Below, in pieces: positions 45,353-54,713 of a stretch of DNA of 64,000 bases. This DNA comes from an uncultured Actinomycetes bacterium (lineage in GTDB: Bacteria > Actinomycetota > Thermoleophilia > RBG-16-64-13): positions 587,346 through 651,345 of the forward strand of contig CAVQME010000001.1 of NCBI GenBank assembly GCA_963713545.1. Reading direction: 5' to 3'. The number at the start of each line of letters is the position of its first letter. Within the stretch, counting starts at the first letter, position 1. Both the position numbers and the translations under genes were made by a program. The notes under the pieces are model-generated. The model was given only the letters and a program-made list of their open reading frames with translations. It was not told the origin of the DNA and searched no databases.

Positions 45353-46540
45353 ATGGAAGAAGCCATCTACCTCGACCACGCTTCCACCACTCCTGCCGAC
45401 CCCGTGGTGGTCTCGGCCATGCTGCCGTGGTTCACAGAGGGATTCGGAAACCCCTCCACTGTGTACAGCCTGGGTCTTGACGCTGCGCATGCCGTCCAGC
45501 AGGCGCGAGAATCCATCGCCGGGTCCATCGGCGCCGAGCCCGAAGAGATCTACTTCACAAGCGGTGGCACCGAGTCGGACAACTGGGCGGTACTGGGGAC
45601 GGCCGAGGCTCAGCAGAAGAAAGGCCGCCACCTGATCACCTCCAGTATCGAGCATCACGCGGTGCTCGAGAGCATGGAGTATCTGGAGAAACGCGGCTAC
45701 GAGGTCACCCGGGTACCCGTGGATGGCGGTGGTCTCGTCGATCCGGAAGAGGTGCGCCGGGCGATCCGCCCCGATTCGATCCTTGTCTCGATCATGCACG
45801 CCAACAACGAGGTAGGGACCATCCAACCGATTGCCGAGATCGGCCGAGTGACCCGCGAGGCCGGGGTCCTTTTCCACGTCGACGCCGTCCAAACATCCGG
45901 CAAGCTCCCGCTCGACGTCAAGGAGCTGGGGGTCGACATGCTCTCTATGAGCGCCCACAAGTTCTACGGCCCCAAGGGCGTGGGGCTCATGTACCTGCGC
46001 AAGCGCACCCGCATCACCCCCCTCCTGCACGGCGGAGGCCAGGAAAAGGGCCGACGAGCGGGCACTCATAACGTACCCGGGATCGTAGGGATGGCGAAAG
46101 CACTCGAACTTGCCGGGGCCCGAATGGGTGACGACGCGGTCCGTGAAGCCGCTCTCCGCGACCGCTTGTGGCAGGGCTTGGAAGCCGATATCGAGTCAAT
46201 ATACCTCAACGGCGACCCTGTACGGCGCCTGCCAGGCAATCTCAACGTGCGGCTCGACGGGATCGAGGGCGAGTCGATGATCCTGATGCTCGACATGGAA
46301 GGCATCTGCGTATCCTCGGGTTCCGCCTGTACCACAGGGTCGCTGGAACCGAGCCATGTCTTGTTGGCCCTCGGCATCCCCGCTGAGCACGCGCACGGCT
46401 CTCTGCGCATCACGCTGGGCCGCAGCACGACCGTCGACCACATCGAGAAGTTCATAAGGGTGTTCCCGCCCATTGTCGCCAGACTGCGGGAGATGTCGCC
46501 CATCTGGTGCGCCAATTGCGTCTGCAAGCAAAGGACCTGA
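45353..46540 (+). CDS. nifS: Cysteine desulfurase (NifS/IscS class I)
   Basis: PLP Lys in SAHKFYGPKGVG and the active-site loop SSGSACTTG. N-terminal YLDHASTTP. Confidence 0.9.
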   Translation: MEEAIYLDHASTTPADPVVVSAMLPWFTEGFGNPSTVYSLGLDAAHAVQQARESIAGSIGAEPEEIYFTSGGTESDNWAVLGTAEAQQKKGRHLITSSIEHHAVLESMEYLEKRGYEVTRVPVDGGGLVDPEEVRRAIRPDSILVSIMHANNEVGTIQPIAEIGRVTREAGVLFHVDAVQTSGKLPLDVKELGVDMLSMSAHKFYGPKGVGLMYLRKRTRITPLLHGGGQEKGRRAGTHNVPGIVGMAKALELAGARMGDDAVREAALRDRLWQGLEADIESIYLNGDPVRRLPGNLNVRLDGIEGESMILMLDMEGICVSSGSACTTGSLEPSHVLLALGIPAEHAHGSLRITLGRSTTVDHIEKFIRVFPPIVARLREMSPIWCANCVCKQRT

Positions 46541-46541
46541 T

Positions 46542-46916
46542 ATGTATTCCGAACTCGTGATGGAGCACTTCCGCAATCCTCGCAACATGGGCGTTATCGA
46601 GGATGCCGACGGCGTCGGCGAGGTGGGGAACCCCCAGTGCGGCGACATGATGCGCATCACCATCAAAGTCAAGGACGAGACGCTCGAAGACATCAAGTTC
46701 CAGACCCTGGGATGCGGAGCCGCGGTGGCCACTTCCAGCATGGTCACCGAGATGGCCAAGGGCAAGAAACTGGATGAGGCCATGGAGATCACCAACAAGA
46801 CCGTCGCAGAGGCCCTTGGAGGACTCCCCCCCGCCAAGATGCATTGCAGCAACCTGGCCGCTGATGGGCTCCAGGCCGCCATCGAGGACTACCGCGCCCG
46901 GCAGGCTGCCAAGTAA
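46542..46916 (+). CDS. nifU: Fe-S cluster assembly scaffold NifU/IscU-like
   Basis: Conserved Cys triad (GNPQCGDMM, LGCGAAVATS, HCSNLA). The internal start MYSELVMEHF abuts the nifS stop. Confidence 0.85.
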   Translation: MYSELVMEHFRNPRNMGVIEDADGVGEVGNPQCGDMMRITIKVKDETLEDIKFQTLGCGAAVATSSMVTEMAKGKKLDEAMEITNKTVAEALGGLPPAKMHCSNLAADGLQAAIEDYRARQAAK

Positions 46917-47040
46917 CTCCGGCGTAGCCCGCACTCGGGCGCGCCGCGCCTGCGGGCGCCCCGGCTGGAGTCGCCAGACCCCAAGGCGCGACGGCGCCGG
47001 ACGCGGCACACCGAGGCGCAACACCCCCAGGCGCGACGGC

Positions 47041-47607
47041 GTGATCCCCCATGTGTCACTGGCGGCGATCCTCCTGATCTCAGCCATCCTCGCGTTCACG
47101 ACGTGGTACCTGGTGGGGTGCGCTGGAGAGGTAACGCCGCTTGCCCGAGCGGGAGACCGATTGGAGAACGACGCCGCCCTGTCCGCCGATCTCGATGGCG
47201 ACGGCATCGGCGAACGGGTGATGGTGGAGGGAGCGTCTCGCCGCCTGATCATAGACGATGGCAAAGACCTCTATCGCAGCCGGGAGAAGTGGCGGGTAGC
47301 CGAAGCCTGCCTGGGCGACACCGACGGCAACGGCGTCCTCGAAGTAGTAGCCCTTCTCGATGATTCAAACGGGCGTCACCTGGGCCTTATTGCCTACATG
47401 GGCGATGAGTACCGTGAACGTCTCGTGACCAGCGTCCTAAGCCCCCGTCCGCTCTCGCTGCAAGTCGTCCCGGGCCACGACGCGGCTGCCTCCGCGGACT
47501 TGGTCCTCCTCGAGGAAGAATCCGCCTCGTCGGTGAGCGGCGTTCAGACCACGACCTATCGCTGGAACGGTTTCGGTTTCACGGCCCTCCGGCCGTCGAC
47601 CCCTTGA
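47041..47607 (+). CDS. Hypothetical lipoprotein
   Basis: GTG start, signal peptide with lipobox LVGC, then a 160-aa domain. The upstream part of ORF 46774..47607 is GC-rich repeat DNA. Confidence 0.45.
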   Translation: MIPHVSLAAILLISAILAFTTWYLVGCAGEVTPLARAGDRLENDAALSADLDGDGIGERVMVEGASRRLIIDDGKDLYRSREKWRVAEACLGDTDGNGVLEVVALLDDSNGRHLGLIAYMGDEYRERLVTSVLSPRPLSLQVVPGHDAAASADLVLLEEESASSVSGVQTTTYRWNGFGFTALRPSTP

Positions 47608-47743
47608 TCGCTCGTGGGCACAGGAGCTGTAACCAGATCGTTACAGGTCCGTGGCGGCGACGTGACATTGACGCGCGAGCATAGTAGGTGGACATGTACG
47701 TGGCCTTTGAGTGGCAAGGTTCTGACGGGAGAGGGGGACGGCC

Positions 47744-50071
47744 ATGGAGCGCACACAGACCGGTCCGGCATCAGACAGACGACGCCTGCTCCAGCTGCGT
47801 TCGCCACTCCGACATCTGGGCACGCGACCTGGCGGCGCGACAGGCCTCGCGTCCGTCTGCGCACTCCTTGCTCTGAGTCTCGCCATCGTTGGCTGCACTG
47901 ACGCGGGATCCCCCACCACCGCATCCGGCCCCTCCGGAGGCGCGGCCCCCGTGGTCACGAGCGAAAGCCCTTCCACCAGCACCTCCGGCCCGGCCGGGAC
48001 CGCCACGTCCGGAGGAGTCGCGCCAGCCGTTTTGACCGGCCCGTACAAAGAGCCGGATTACTTGGATCCTCAGCCGGTGGACCTGACCTCGATCTCCAAT
48101 CTCGACAAGGCGGGTCTGTCCGACGCCGAGAAGCAGGTGCTGGCGCGGCAGAGCTTCGTGGCCGTGGCCGAGCCGCCCGAGGAGGGGTCCTGGAAGTTCT
48201 GGCAGGTCTACGAGGCCGCCCGCTACGCCGGCCTACCCCTGTTGGTGACCACCGACTCCGTCCTCAATACCTATCACGGTCTTTTCGATACCCTGCTCCA
48301 GCGGATGGAGGAGGCAGCGCTGTTCGAGCAGGCCGTTACTATGACGGAGGCCTTGTACTCTGCCGCCTCCGACCAATTGAATGCCGCGACCGACCCCACA
48401 GTCAGGGAAGAGGCCGGCCTCAACATGGCCTACTTCGCCGTCGCGAAGGCGCTGCTGACAGGCACGAACCAGCTCCCCGGCATAGTCACGGGAGAGGGAG
48501 CGGAGACGTTGAGAGCCGCCCTCGACCTTGCCGACAAGGAGGTCGCCTTGATCGAGGCGGCCGGCGGTACCGAAGAGTCCCCCATCCTCGGTTACACCGA
48601 AGACTACAGCCAGTACAAGCCGCGCGGTCACTACACCCGCAGCGAGACCCTCCAGCGTTACTTCAAAGCGATGATGTGGTTCGGCCACACGGGCTACTTC
48701 ATCAATCCGCGCAGCCCGGACATCACCGAAGAGGAGGCGGCCAGCCTGACCCGGCGCGCCATCCTCATCGCCTCGTCCCTGAACGGCTCGACCAAAGAAG
48801 CGTGGCAGGCGATCTACGAACCCACGAGCTTCCTGGTCGGCCGGGCAGATGATCTGACCGTCGACGATATGCGGCAGGTGCTGCAGCAGGTGTTCGGCAC
48901 GGCCCAGCCCGCCCCAGACGACCTTGCCGACGCCGGGAAGATCGCGACCGTCCGGGGGGAACTGAACAAGCTCCCCGCTCCCAAGATCCTCTCGGCCGTG
49001 GTCCGCGCGCCGGGCGATACCGAGAACCGCGAGGAGAACGAGCGCAGCTTCCGGGTCATGGGACAGCGCTACATCCCCGACTCCTACGCCTTCCAGCAAC
49101 TGGTGTGGGCCTACGTGGGCGAAGAGCAGCCACCCGAGGCGAAACGCGACCTTCCCATGGGTCTCGACATAATGACGGTGCTCGGCAGCGACCAGGCCTA
49201 TAGGCTAGAGACAGAAGACTACGACCAAGATCGCTACACGAACTGGGAGCAGCAGATCAAAAAGGTGAACGGCGAGTTCGTGGCGCGCACCGCCGATCTG
49301 TGGCCGGCGAACCTCTACACCGGCTGGCTCGAGTCCCTGCAACGCGTGATGGCGTTCCCGGCCGACGGCGCCCCCGACTTCATGAAGTCCCGGGTGTGGG
49401 CCCGCAAGAGCCTGAACGTGGCCCTGGGCAGTTGGACGGAGCTGCGGCACGACACCATCCTCTACGCCAAGCAGTCGGTGACCGCGGAAGGTGACGGAGG
49501 CGAGAAGCCGAAGGTAGCGGGATACGTGGAGCCGTATCCGGCCTTCTACGCCAAGATCGCCGAGTTGGCCACCACGCTGCGTCAAGGCCTCCTCGACTAT
49601 GGCTTGATCGATTCCGAATCCGCCAACAAGTTGGAGATGATGATCGAACTGGCCGACACCTTGGCCACGATCGCCGAGAAGGAGTTGGCGGGCGAGGAGC
49701 TCACCTTGGACGAGGAGGCGACGATTGCCGGGTACGGACACTATCTGGAGACCCTGGAGCAGTTCGACGACGAGGTGGAGGGGCGGACGCTCTCACCCAC
49801 GGCCGAGAAAAGCCCGCTGGCAGCCGACGTGCACACCAGCTACAACTCCGACCTGGCGTTGGAAGAGGCGACCGGGTATCCACTTGTCCTGTACACAGCC
49901 TTTGAGCTTGGCGGGAAGCTGCAGCTGTTCGCCGGAGCCTCTTACGCCTATTACGAGTTCACCGTCCCTCTGGCAGAACGGCTCACCGACGAGGAGTGGG
50001 TGGCACAGCTGGACTCCGGCCAAGCCCCCCCACGCCCCGCCTGGACCGACGAGTGGATCGTGGGGGACTAA
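47744..50071 (+). CDS. DUF3160 family secreted lipoprotein
   Basis: Tat-like RRRLLQL plus lipobox IVGC, a Ser/Thr/Gly-rich linker, and the DUF3160 signature (PRGHYTRSETLQRYFKAMMWFG). Confidence 0.7.
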   Translation: MERTQTGPASDRRRLLQLRSPLRHLGTRPGGATGLASVCALLALSLAIVGCTDAGSPTTASGPSGGAAPVVTSESPSTSTSGPAGTATSGGVAPAVLTGPYKEPDYLDPQPVDLTSISNLDKAGLSDAEKQVLARQSFVAVAEPPEEGSWKFWQVYEAARYAGLPLLVTTDSVLNTYHGLFDTLLQRMEEAALFEQAVTMTEALYSAASDQLNAATDPTVREEAGLNMAYFAVAKALLTGTNQLPGIVTGEGAETLRAALDLADKEVALIEAAGGTEESPILGYTEDYSQYKPRGHYTRSETLQRYFKAMMWFGHTGYFINPRSPDITEEEAASLTRRAILIASSLNGSTKEAWQAIYEPTSFLVGRADDLTVDDMRQVLQQVFGTAQPAPDDLADAGKIATVRGELNKLPAPKILSAVVRAPGDTENREENERSFRVMGQRYIPDSYAFQQLVWAYVGEEQPPEAKRDLPMGLDIMTVLGSDQAYRLETEDYDQDRYTNWEQQIKKVNGEFVARTADLWPANLYTGWLESLQRVMAFPADGAPDFMKSRVWARKSLNVALGSWTELRHDTILYAKQSVTAEGDGGEKPKVAGYVEPYPAFYAKIAELATTLRQGLLDYGLIDSESANKLEMMIELADTLATIAEKELAGEELTLDEEATIAGYGHYLETLEQFDDEVEGRTLSPTAEKSPLAADVHTSYNSDLALEEATGYPLVLYTAFELGGKLQLFAGASYAYYEFTVPLAERLTDEEWVAQLDSGQAPPRPAWTDEWIVGD

Positions 50072-50083
50072 GATCGTACTCGC

Positions 50084-50374
50084 TTAGGCGCCCGGCGCGG
50101 CCCGGGCGATGATGGCCGTACCTTCGATGCCGAGCCGTAGCTGAAATGACACCGGTCCGGCCTCGGCCGCAATCAGTTCGAGCAGAGCATCGCGCGCGGC
50201 TCGGATGATGGCGTACTCATCCCGCTCCAGCCGGGCCGCGACCGCTGAGTCGACTCCCACCATCGATCGGCACCAGGTCTCACCCGAGTAGATCACGTCG
50301 AAAGTGACCGTGTAGGCGTCCGGTGTGTCGCCGTCCACGATCGACACGAGTTCGACGTCCATGAATATGGTCAT
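50084..50374 (-). CDS. Hypothetical small protein (~96 aa)
   Basis: Coding-like GC3. The internal start MTIFMDVEL is preferred, because the ORF-track start lies inside the repeat element. Confidence 0.4.
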   Translation of the reverse strand: MTIFMDVELVSIVDGDTPDAYTVTFDVIYSGETWCRSMVGVDSAVAARLERDEYAIIRAARDALLELIAAEAGPVSFQLRLGIEGTAIIARAAPGA

Positions 50375-50395
50375 GCCGGACGCTCCGCGGACTAA

Positions 50396-50557
50396 CAACT
50401 CGTTTCAGAATGAAGCCGCGGCCGCCTAGCGCGCCCTGGGCGGCACGATAGTGCGTCCTCAGTCCCGCAAATAGCGCTGCTATTCGCGCTCCCTGCGTCC
50501 TTCTCTGGCGCGTGCCCAGCACGTCCCTGGCGGCGGAGCTTCATTCTAAAACGAGTT
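50396..50557. repeat. MITE-like copy 3 of the dispersed repeat, with terminal inverted repeats AACTCGTTTCAGAATGAAGC ... GCTTCATTCTAAAACGAGTT
   Basis: The 5' 74 nt are near-identical to copy 1. The right end is the inverted complement of the left end. The element fills the whole intergenic space between the nrdJ stop and the small ORF. Confidence 0.6.
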
Positions 50558-53500
50558 CTAGGCGCACTTGGAATAGCCGCACGAACGGCAGACTACGCAC
50601 CCGCCCTCGTGCTCCACCGCTCCGCCACAGTCGGGACAGGCGCCCTGCGCCAGCGCTATGGGGATCTCCAGCTGACCCACGGTCTTGCCGCCGTTGCCGC
50701 TGGCGAGGTGGTACTTGTCGGCCAGAGCCTTGCCTATGGCGTCGGGGCAGGAAAGTATCTGATTGGGCCCGAATCCGAGCGGCACATGGCAGCGGATGCC
50801 CTTGAGCTGCTTGACGATCTTGTCGGGCGGAACCCCGTAGCGGAAGGCCAGGGAGATCAGTCGGCCGATAGCTTCGGTGGACGCCGAGGCGCAGCCCCCG
50901 GCCTTGCCCATATTTGCGAAGACTTCCCTGGGGCCGAAGTCGTCTTCGTTGACGGTGACATACAGACTGCCGCACCCAGTCACCTTCTCCCGAGTCTCTC
51001 CGCGCAGCACGGGAGAGCGACTAGGCCGTACCGGCATGACAGCGGTACCCTGGGGGCCGAGCTCCATCTGCACGGCCTGGCCGGTCTCGGCTCCCTTGCG
51101 CTTCACCTCGCCGATGTTCAGCACCTGCTCCTGCCGGGAGCCATCGCGATAGATGGTGACCCCTTTGACCCCGAGTTCGTAGGCGAGTAGGTAGACGCGC
51201 TCCACGTCTTCGGGCCGAGCCTGGTTGGGGAAGTTGACCGTCTTGGACACGGCGTTGTCGACGTCGTCTTGGAAAGCGGCCTGCATGCGGATATGCCATT
51301 CAGGAGACACGTCGTGGGCAGTGACGAATACCTTCTTGAGGTCCTCGGGCACGTCCATGTCGTGCAGCCCGCCGATAGTCGCGATGCTCTTCATGAGGTC
51401 GTCTGAGTAGAGACCGCGCTGCTTGAGCACCTCCTCGAGCGCTGGATGGGCCTCGGGAAGCTCGGTGTTATCCATCACGTTGCGGATGAACGCCAGGGCG
51501 AAAATAGGCTCCACTCCGCTGGAGCAGCCGGCGATGATAGAGATAGTGCCGGTTGGAGCGATAGTGGTGAGGGTGGCGTTGCGCACCTCCCTAACCTTGG
51601 CCTTCCAGGTGCTGCTCTCCCAGTTGGGGAAGACTCCCCTGTCGCGCGCCAGGTCTTCCGAGGCCTTGATGGCCTCCTCGTGGACGAAACCCATCAGCTC
51701 ATGCGCGAGCTTGATGGCGCCGTCGGAATCGTAGGCGATGCCAAGCTCTACCAGCATGTCGGCCCACCCCATGACCCCCAGCCCGACCTTGCGGTTTCCT
51801 TTGGTCATCCTATCGATCTCGGGCAAGGGATACCGGTTCATGTCGATGACGTTATCGAGGAAATGGACGCCGGTGCGCGTCACCCGGCGGAGGCGCTCCC
51901 AATCCACGGCGCCGTCCTTGACCATGACGGCGAGGTTGATGGAGCCGAGATTGCAGCTTTCGTAGGGCAGAAGAGGTTGCTCACCACAGTTTGATATGAC
52001 GATACCATTGCCGATGAAGGAATGGGTCAGGGGTTCGGTCAGATCAAAGACCGCTTCAACGCCTTCGGGAACGACTGCTTCCACACGCGCGACGAACCGC
52101 TCCGAGTAGGGTCCGCGTTTGTAGCCGGCGACCGTCCGAGTCAGCGCGGCCATCTTCGCCCTGCTCAAGAACCCGACCTCGTCCGCGAAGCGGAGGAGGC
52201 TCCCACTGGCGACATGCAGTTCGTGAACCGGACGCACCTGGTATCGCTTCATACCTCCCTTGCCGTCGGGCAGCAGGGCGGTATCCCGTCCCCTCTTACG
52301 GTCTCGGAAGATTCGGCTGAAAATGCCAAAGTTGAGCAGGATGCGCTGTACATCCTGCAGCAAGTCGAGACCGACCGAGGTCAAACGCACCGCACGTCCG
52401 TTGCGAGGCTGGTCTAGCACAGTCCCATCCGCAGTAAACAAGGCCTGCAAGAATCCGCGCTGCATATCCTCACAACCCCACAAGACCGGCTCGGGTACCA
52501 GCAGTTTCTCGTCGACCAGACCGTACTCCTCGGCGATCTCGCGCAGCCGCACCGATTGGACCCGGGTCTCGTTTCGTTCAGCCACGGCGACACCCGTGCT
52601 CGAGCAGGCGCCACCGCGCGAGGGACGCACCACCGCCTCCACCGCCCGGCGGAAGGCGGGGGCAAGCTCTTGCTCCTCGCCCCAGAACGAGAGCACCGCC
52701 CGGTCGGATTTGACCGTGCCGTCGCCCACCAGCCAGCCCAGGACTCGTCCCAGTTCCAGTGAGCCTTCGCTGCCAAACCCCCCTTTGCGGTTGAGCACGT
52801 GCACCTCGTCCCCGATGACGAGGTCGCCCGCCGGCACCCACCCCCGTTCAGTCATGATCTTGTGATCGGGCGTCACCCGGATCTCGTAGCCCTCCCTGGT
52901 GGTGACCCGCACCACCTGCTTGTCGCCGCTATAGAACACCGGTGACGCGTCGACCAGAGATCCAACGGCCGCCCCGCGGGTCCCTCCCCCGGCTGCCTTC
53001 TTGGTCGCACCCGCCGCCATGCGCCCATCGACCGTGGCCTGGACCGATTCGCCATTCAAGAAGAGGTCGAGGGCGCGCACCAGTCCCCAGCCGGTGTAAA
53101 CCAGGGTGTCCCCGGTAATGCAAGGGTTGGTCGACTCGATCTCACCCAGCTTCGGCGTGGGGTTGTCCCGATTCAGCCGATCTAGAAAGACGATGCCCGG
53201 CTCGCCGTTCTTCCAGGCCAGTTCGACGATGAGATCGAAGATCTGGCGGGCGTTCAACCGCCCTACCTCAGTCATATCCCGGGGGTTCCGCAACGCATAG
53301 TCCTCGCCCGCCAGCACCGCTCCCATGAACTCCTCGGTGACCCCCACGGAGATGTTGAAGTTGTTGAGAATATGCTCGTCTTCTTTGGCCCGGATGAACT
53401 CCACGATATCGGGGTGGTCGACCCGCAATATGCCCATGTTGGCACCCCGGCGCGTGCCTCCCTGCTTGATGGTCTCTGTGGCCATGTCGAACACCCGCAT

Positions 53501-53974
53501 GAACGACACCGGCCCACTCGCCACACCCATGGTGGAGCGGACCAGATCGTTCTTGGGGCGCAACCGGCTGAAGCTGAATCCCGTGCCCCCACCCGACTGA
53601 TGCACCAACGCGGCGTCGCGGATCGCGGTGAAGATGGAATCCATGCTGTCCTCAACCGGCAGGACGAAGCAAGCGGACAGCTGCTGTAGCTCGCGCCCTG
53701 CGTTCATGAGAGTCGGCGTGTTGGGCAGGAACTCCAGTTGCGCCATCACCTCGAAGAACTCGGAGACGGTGGCATCGAGAGAGGCATCGGGATGGTAGGT
53801 GAGGTCGGCTTGGGCAATGTTCTCCGCCACCCGCGCGAACATGTCCGCGGCACTCTCGAGAGGTTCACCACTCTCGGTGCGTTTCAAGTACCGCCTCTGT
53901 AGGACCTTCTTGGCACTAGGGGAGAGCCTCTTGTCCAACTCGGCCGCAGCAGCACTCAGTTCAGCGACGGTCAT
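50558..53974 (-). CDS. nrdJ: Adenosylcobalamin-dependent ribonucleoside-triphosphate/diphosphate reductase, class II (NrdJ), intein-containing
   Basis: The extein (~760 aa) has the class II RNR catalytic motif NPC|GEQP interrupted by an intein, and a C-terminal Zn-ribbon (CPDCGG...CVVCRSCG). It is preceded by nrdR. Confidence 0.9.
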   Translation of the reverse strand: MTVAELSAAAAELDKRLSPSAKKVLQRRYLKRTESGEPLESAADMFARVAENIAQADLTYHPDASLDATVSEFFEVMAQLEFLPNTPTLMNAGRELQQLSACFVLPVEDSMDSIFTAIRDAALVHQSGGGTGFSFSRLRPKNDLVRSTMGVASGPVSFMRVFDMATETIKQGGTRRGANMGILRVDHPDIVEFIRAKEDEHILNNFNISVGVTEEFMGAVLAGEDYALRNPRDMTEVGRLNARQIFDLIVELAWKNGEPGIVFLDRLNRDNPTPKLGEIESTNPCITGDTLVYTGWGLVRALDLFLNGESVQATVDGRMAAGATKKAAGGGTRGAAVGSLVDASPVFYSGDKQVVRVTTREGYEIRVTPDHKIMTERGWVPAGDLVIGDEVHVLNRKGGFGSEGSLELGRVLGWLVGDGTVKSDRAVLSFWGEEQELAPAFRRAVEAVVRPSRGGACSSTGVAVAERNETRVQSVRLREIAEEYGLVDEKLLVPEPVLWGCEDMQRGFLQALFTADGTVLDQPRNGRAVRLTSVGLDLLQDVQRILLNFGIFSRIFRDRKRGRDTALLPDGKGGMKRYQVRPVHELHVASGSLLRFADEVGFLSRAKMAALTRTVAGYKRGPYSERFVARVEAVVPEGVEAVFDLTEPLTHSFIGNGIVISNCGEQPLLPYESCNLGSINLAVMVKDGAVDWERLRRVTRTGVHFLDNVIDMNRYPLPEIDRMTKGNRKVGLGVMGWADMLVELGIAYDSDGAIKLAHELMGFVHEEAIKASEDLARDRGVFPNWESSTWKAKVREVRNATLTTIAPTGTISIIAGCSSGVEPIFALAFIRNVMDNTELPEAHPALEEVLKQRGLYSDDLMKSIATIGGLHDMDVPEDLKKVFVTAHDVSPEWHIRMQAAFQDDVDNAVSKTVNFPNQARPEDVERVYLLAYELGVKGVTIYRDGSRQEQVLNIGEVKRKGAETGQAVQMELGPQGTAVMPVRPSRSPVLRGETREKVTGCGSLYVTVNEDDFGPREVFANMGKAGGCASASTEAIGRLISLAFRYGVPPDKIVKQLKGIRCHVPLGFGPNQILSCPDAIGKALADKYHLASGNGGKTVGQLEIPIALAQGACPDCGGAVEHEGGCVVCRSCGYSKCA
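51989..53122 (-). mobile_element. Intein (378 aa) with LAGLIDADG homing-endonuclease domain inserted at the NrdJ active-site Cys
   Basis: It begins CITGDTLV after ...ESTNP and ends ...GIVISN followed by the C+1 Cys of CGEQPLLPYESCNLG. Two LAGLIDADG-like blocks are present: LGWLVGDGTV and LQALFTADGTV. Confidence 0.8.
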
Positions 53975-54432
53975 CTGATTCCCTCTTTCGCAAGTTGTTC
54001 AAGTTCCTGTTTAAATCCCTCGATGCTGTCGAACTGCCGGTAGACTGAGGCGAAGCGGATGTAGGCCACCAGATCCACTCCCTGCAGGCGCTCGAGCACC
54101 ATCTTACCGACCCGCTCGGACGTCACTTCGTACGCCGACTCCTCGCGCAATTCCCGCTCGATATCGGCGACGACGGCCTCCAGAGTCTCCAGCGGCACGT
54201 TCCGCTTCGCGCACGCCCGCATGAGCCCATGCAGCAGCTTGTCCGCATGGAAGAGCTGCGTGCTCCCGTCGCGCTTCACCACGGTGATGGGGATCTCTTC
54301 GATCTTCTCGTAGGTGGTGAAACGCTGGCCACAGCCGACGCACTCCCTCCGCCGGCGGATGGCTTCCTTGCTCTCGGTCTCGCGCGAGTCGATCACCTTG
54401 CTGTCGGGAAACCCGCAATACGGGCAGTTCAC
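53971..54432 (-). CDS. nrdR: Transcriptional repressor NrdR
   Basis: N-terminal Zn-ribbon CPYCG...CVGCGQRF and ATP-cone (VVKRDGSTQLFHADKL). It overlaps the nrdJ start. Confidence 0.9.
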   Translation of the reverse strand: MNCPYCGFPDSKVIDSRETESKEAIRRRRECVGCGQRFTTYEKIEEIPITVVKRDGSTQLFHADKLLHGLMRACAKRNVPLETLEAVVADIERELREESAYEVTSERVGKMVLERLQGVDLVAYIRFASVYRQFDSIEGFKQELEQLAKEGIR

Positions 54433-54523
54433 AGCCCCCCGTTTCCTCAGAAGTACGGCCGACGATGCCGACCCCCACCAGCGTACGCGCGGCTGGCTCC
54501 TCTTGGCGGGCTCCAGCGCAAGT

Positions 54524-54571
54524 GCACAATATGTGGTGTACTGGGGAATCCTACCACCCTATATATCGTTA
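54524..54571 (-). promoter_or_regulatory. Tandem NrdR boxes upstream of nrdR-nrdJ
   Basis: Two 16-bp palindromes match acaCwAtATaTwGtgt (GCACAATATGTGGTGT at 54524-54539; ACCCTATATATCGTTA at 54556-54571). They are spaced 32 bp apart, 90-140 bp upstream of nrdR. Confidence 0.6.
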
Positions 54572-54713
54572 CCGCAAGTCCTGCAGCAGCGTTGTCCCTC
54601 GCTTCTCGCAAGCGGAACCGGAAACGCCCTCTGTACGCTCTGAGCGCCCTTCCGGCCCTGAGTCGAGTCTCGTTCGCGCTCTAGGACTGGACTCGCCGAC
54701 GAGAGCCCGGCAT

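Noticed and set aside
48233-49099. 288-aa minus-strand ORF
   Set aside because: Antisense shadow of the DUF3160 gene.
50541-50975. 144-aa minus-strand ORF and other ORFs overlapping the nrdJ 3' end
   Set aside because: Alternative frames of the nrdJ Zn-ribbon region, with Arg-rich composition.
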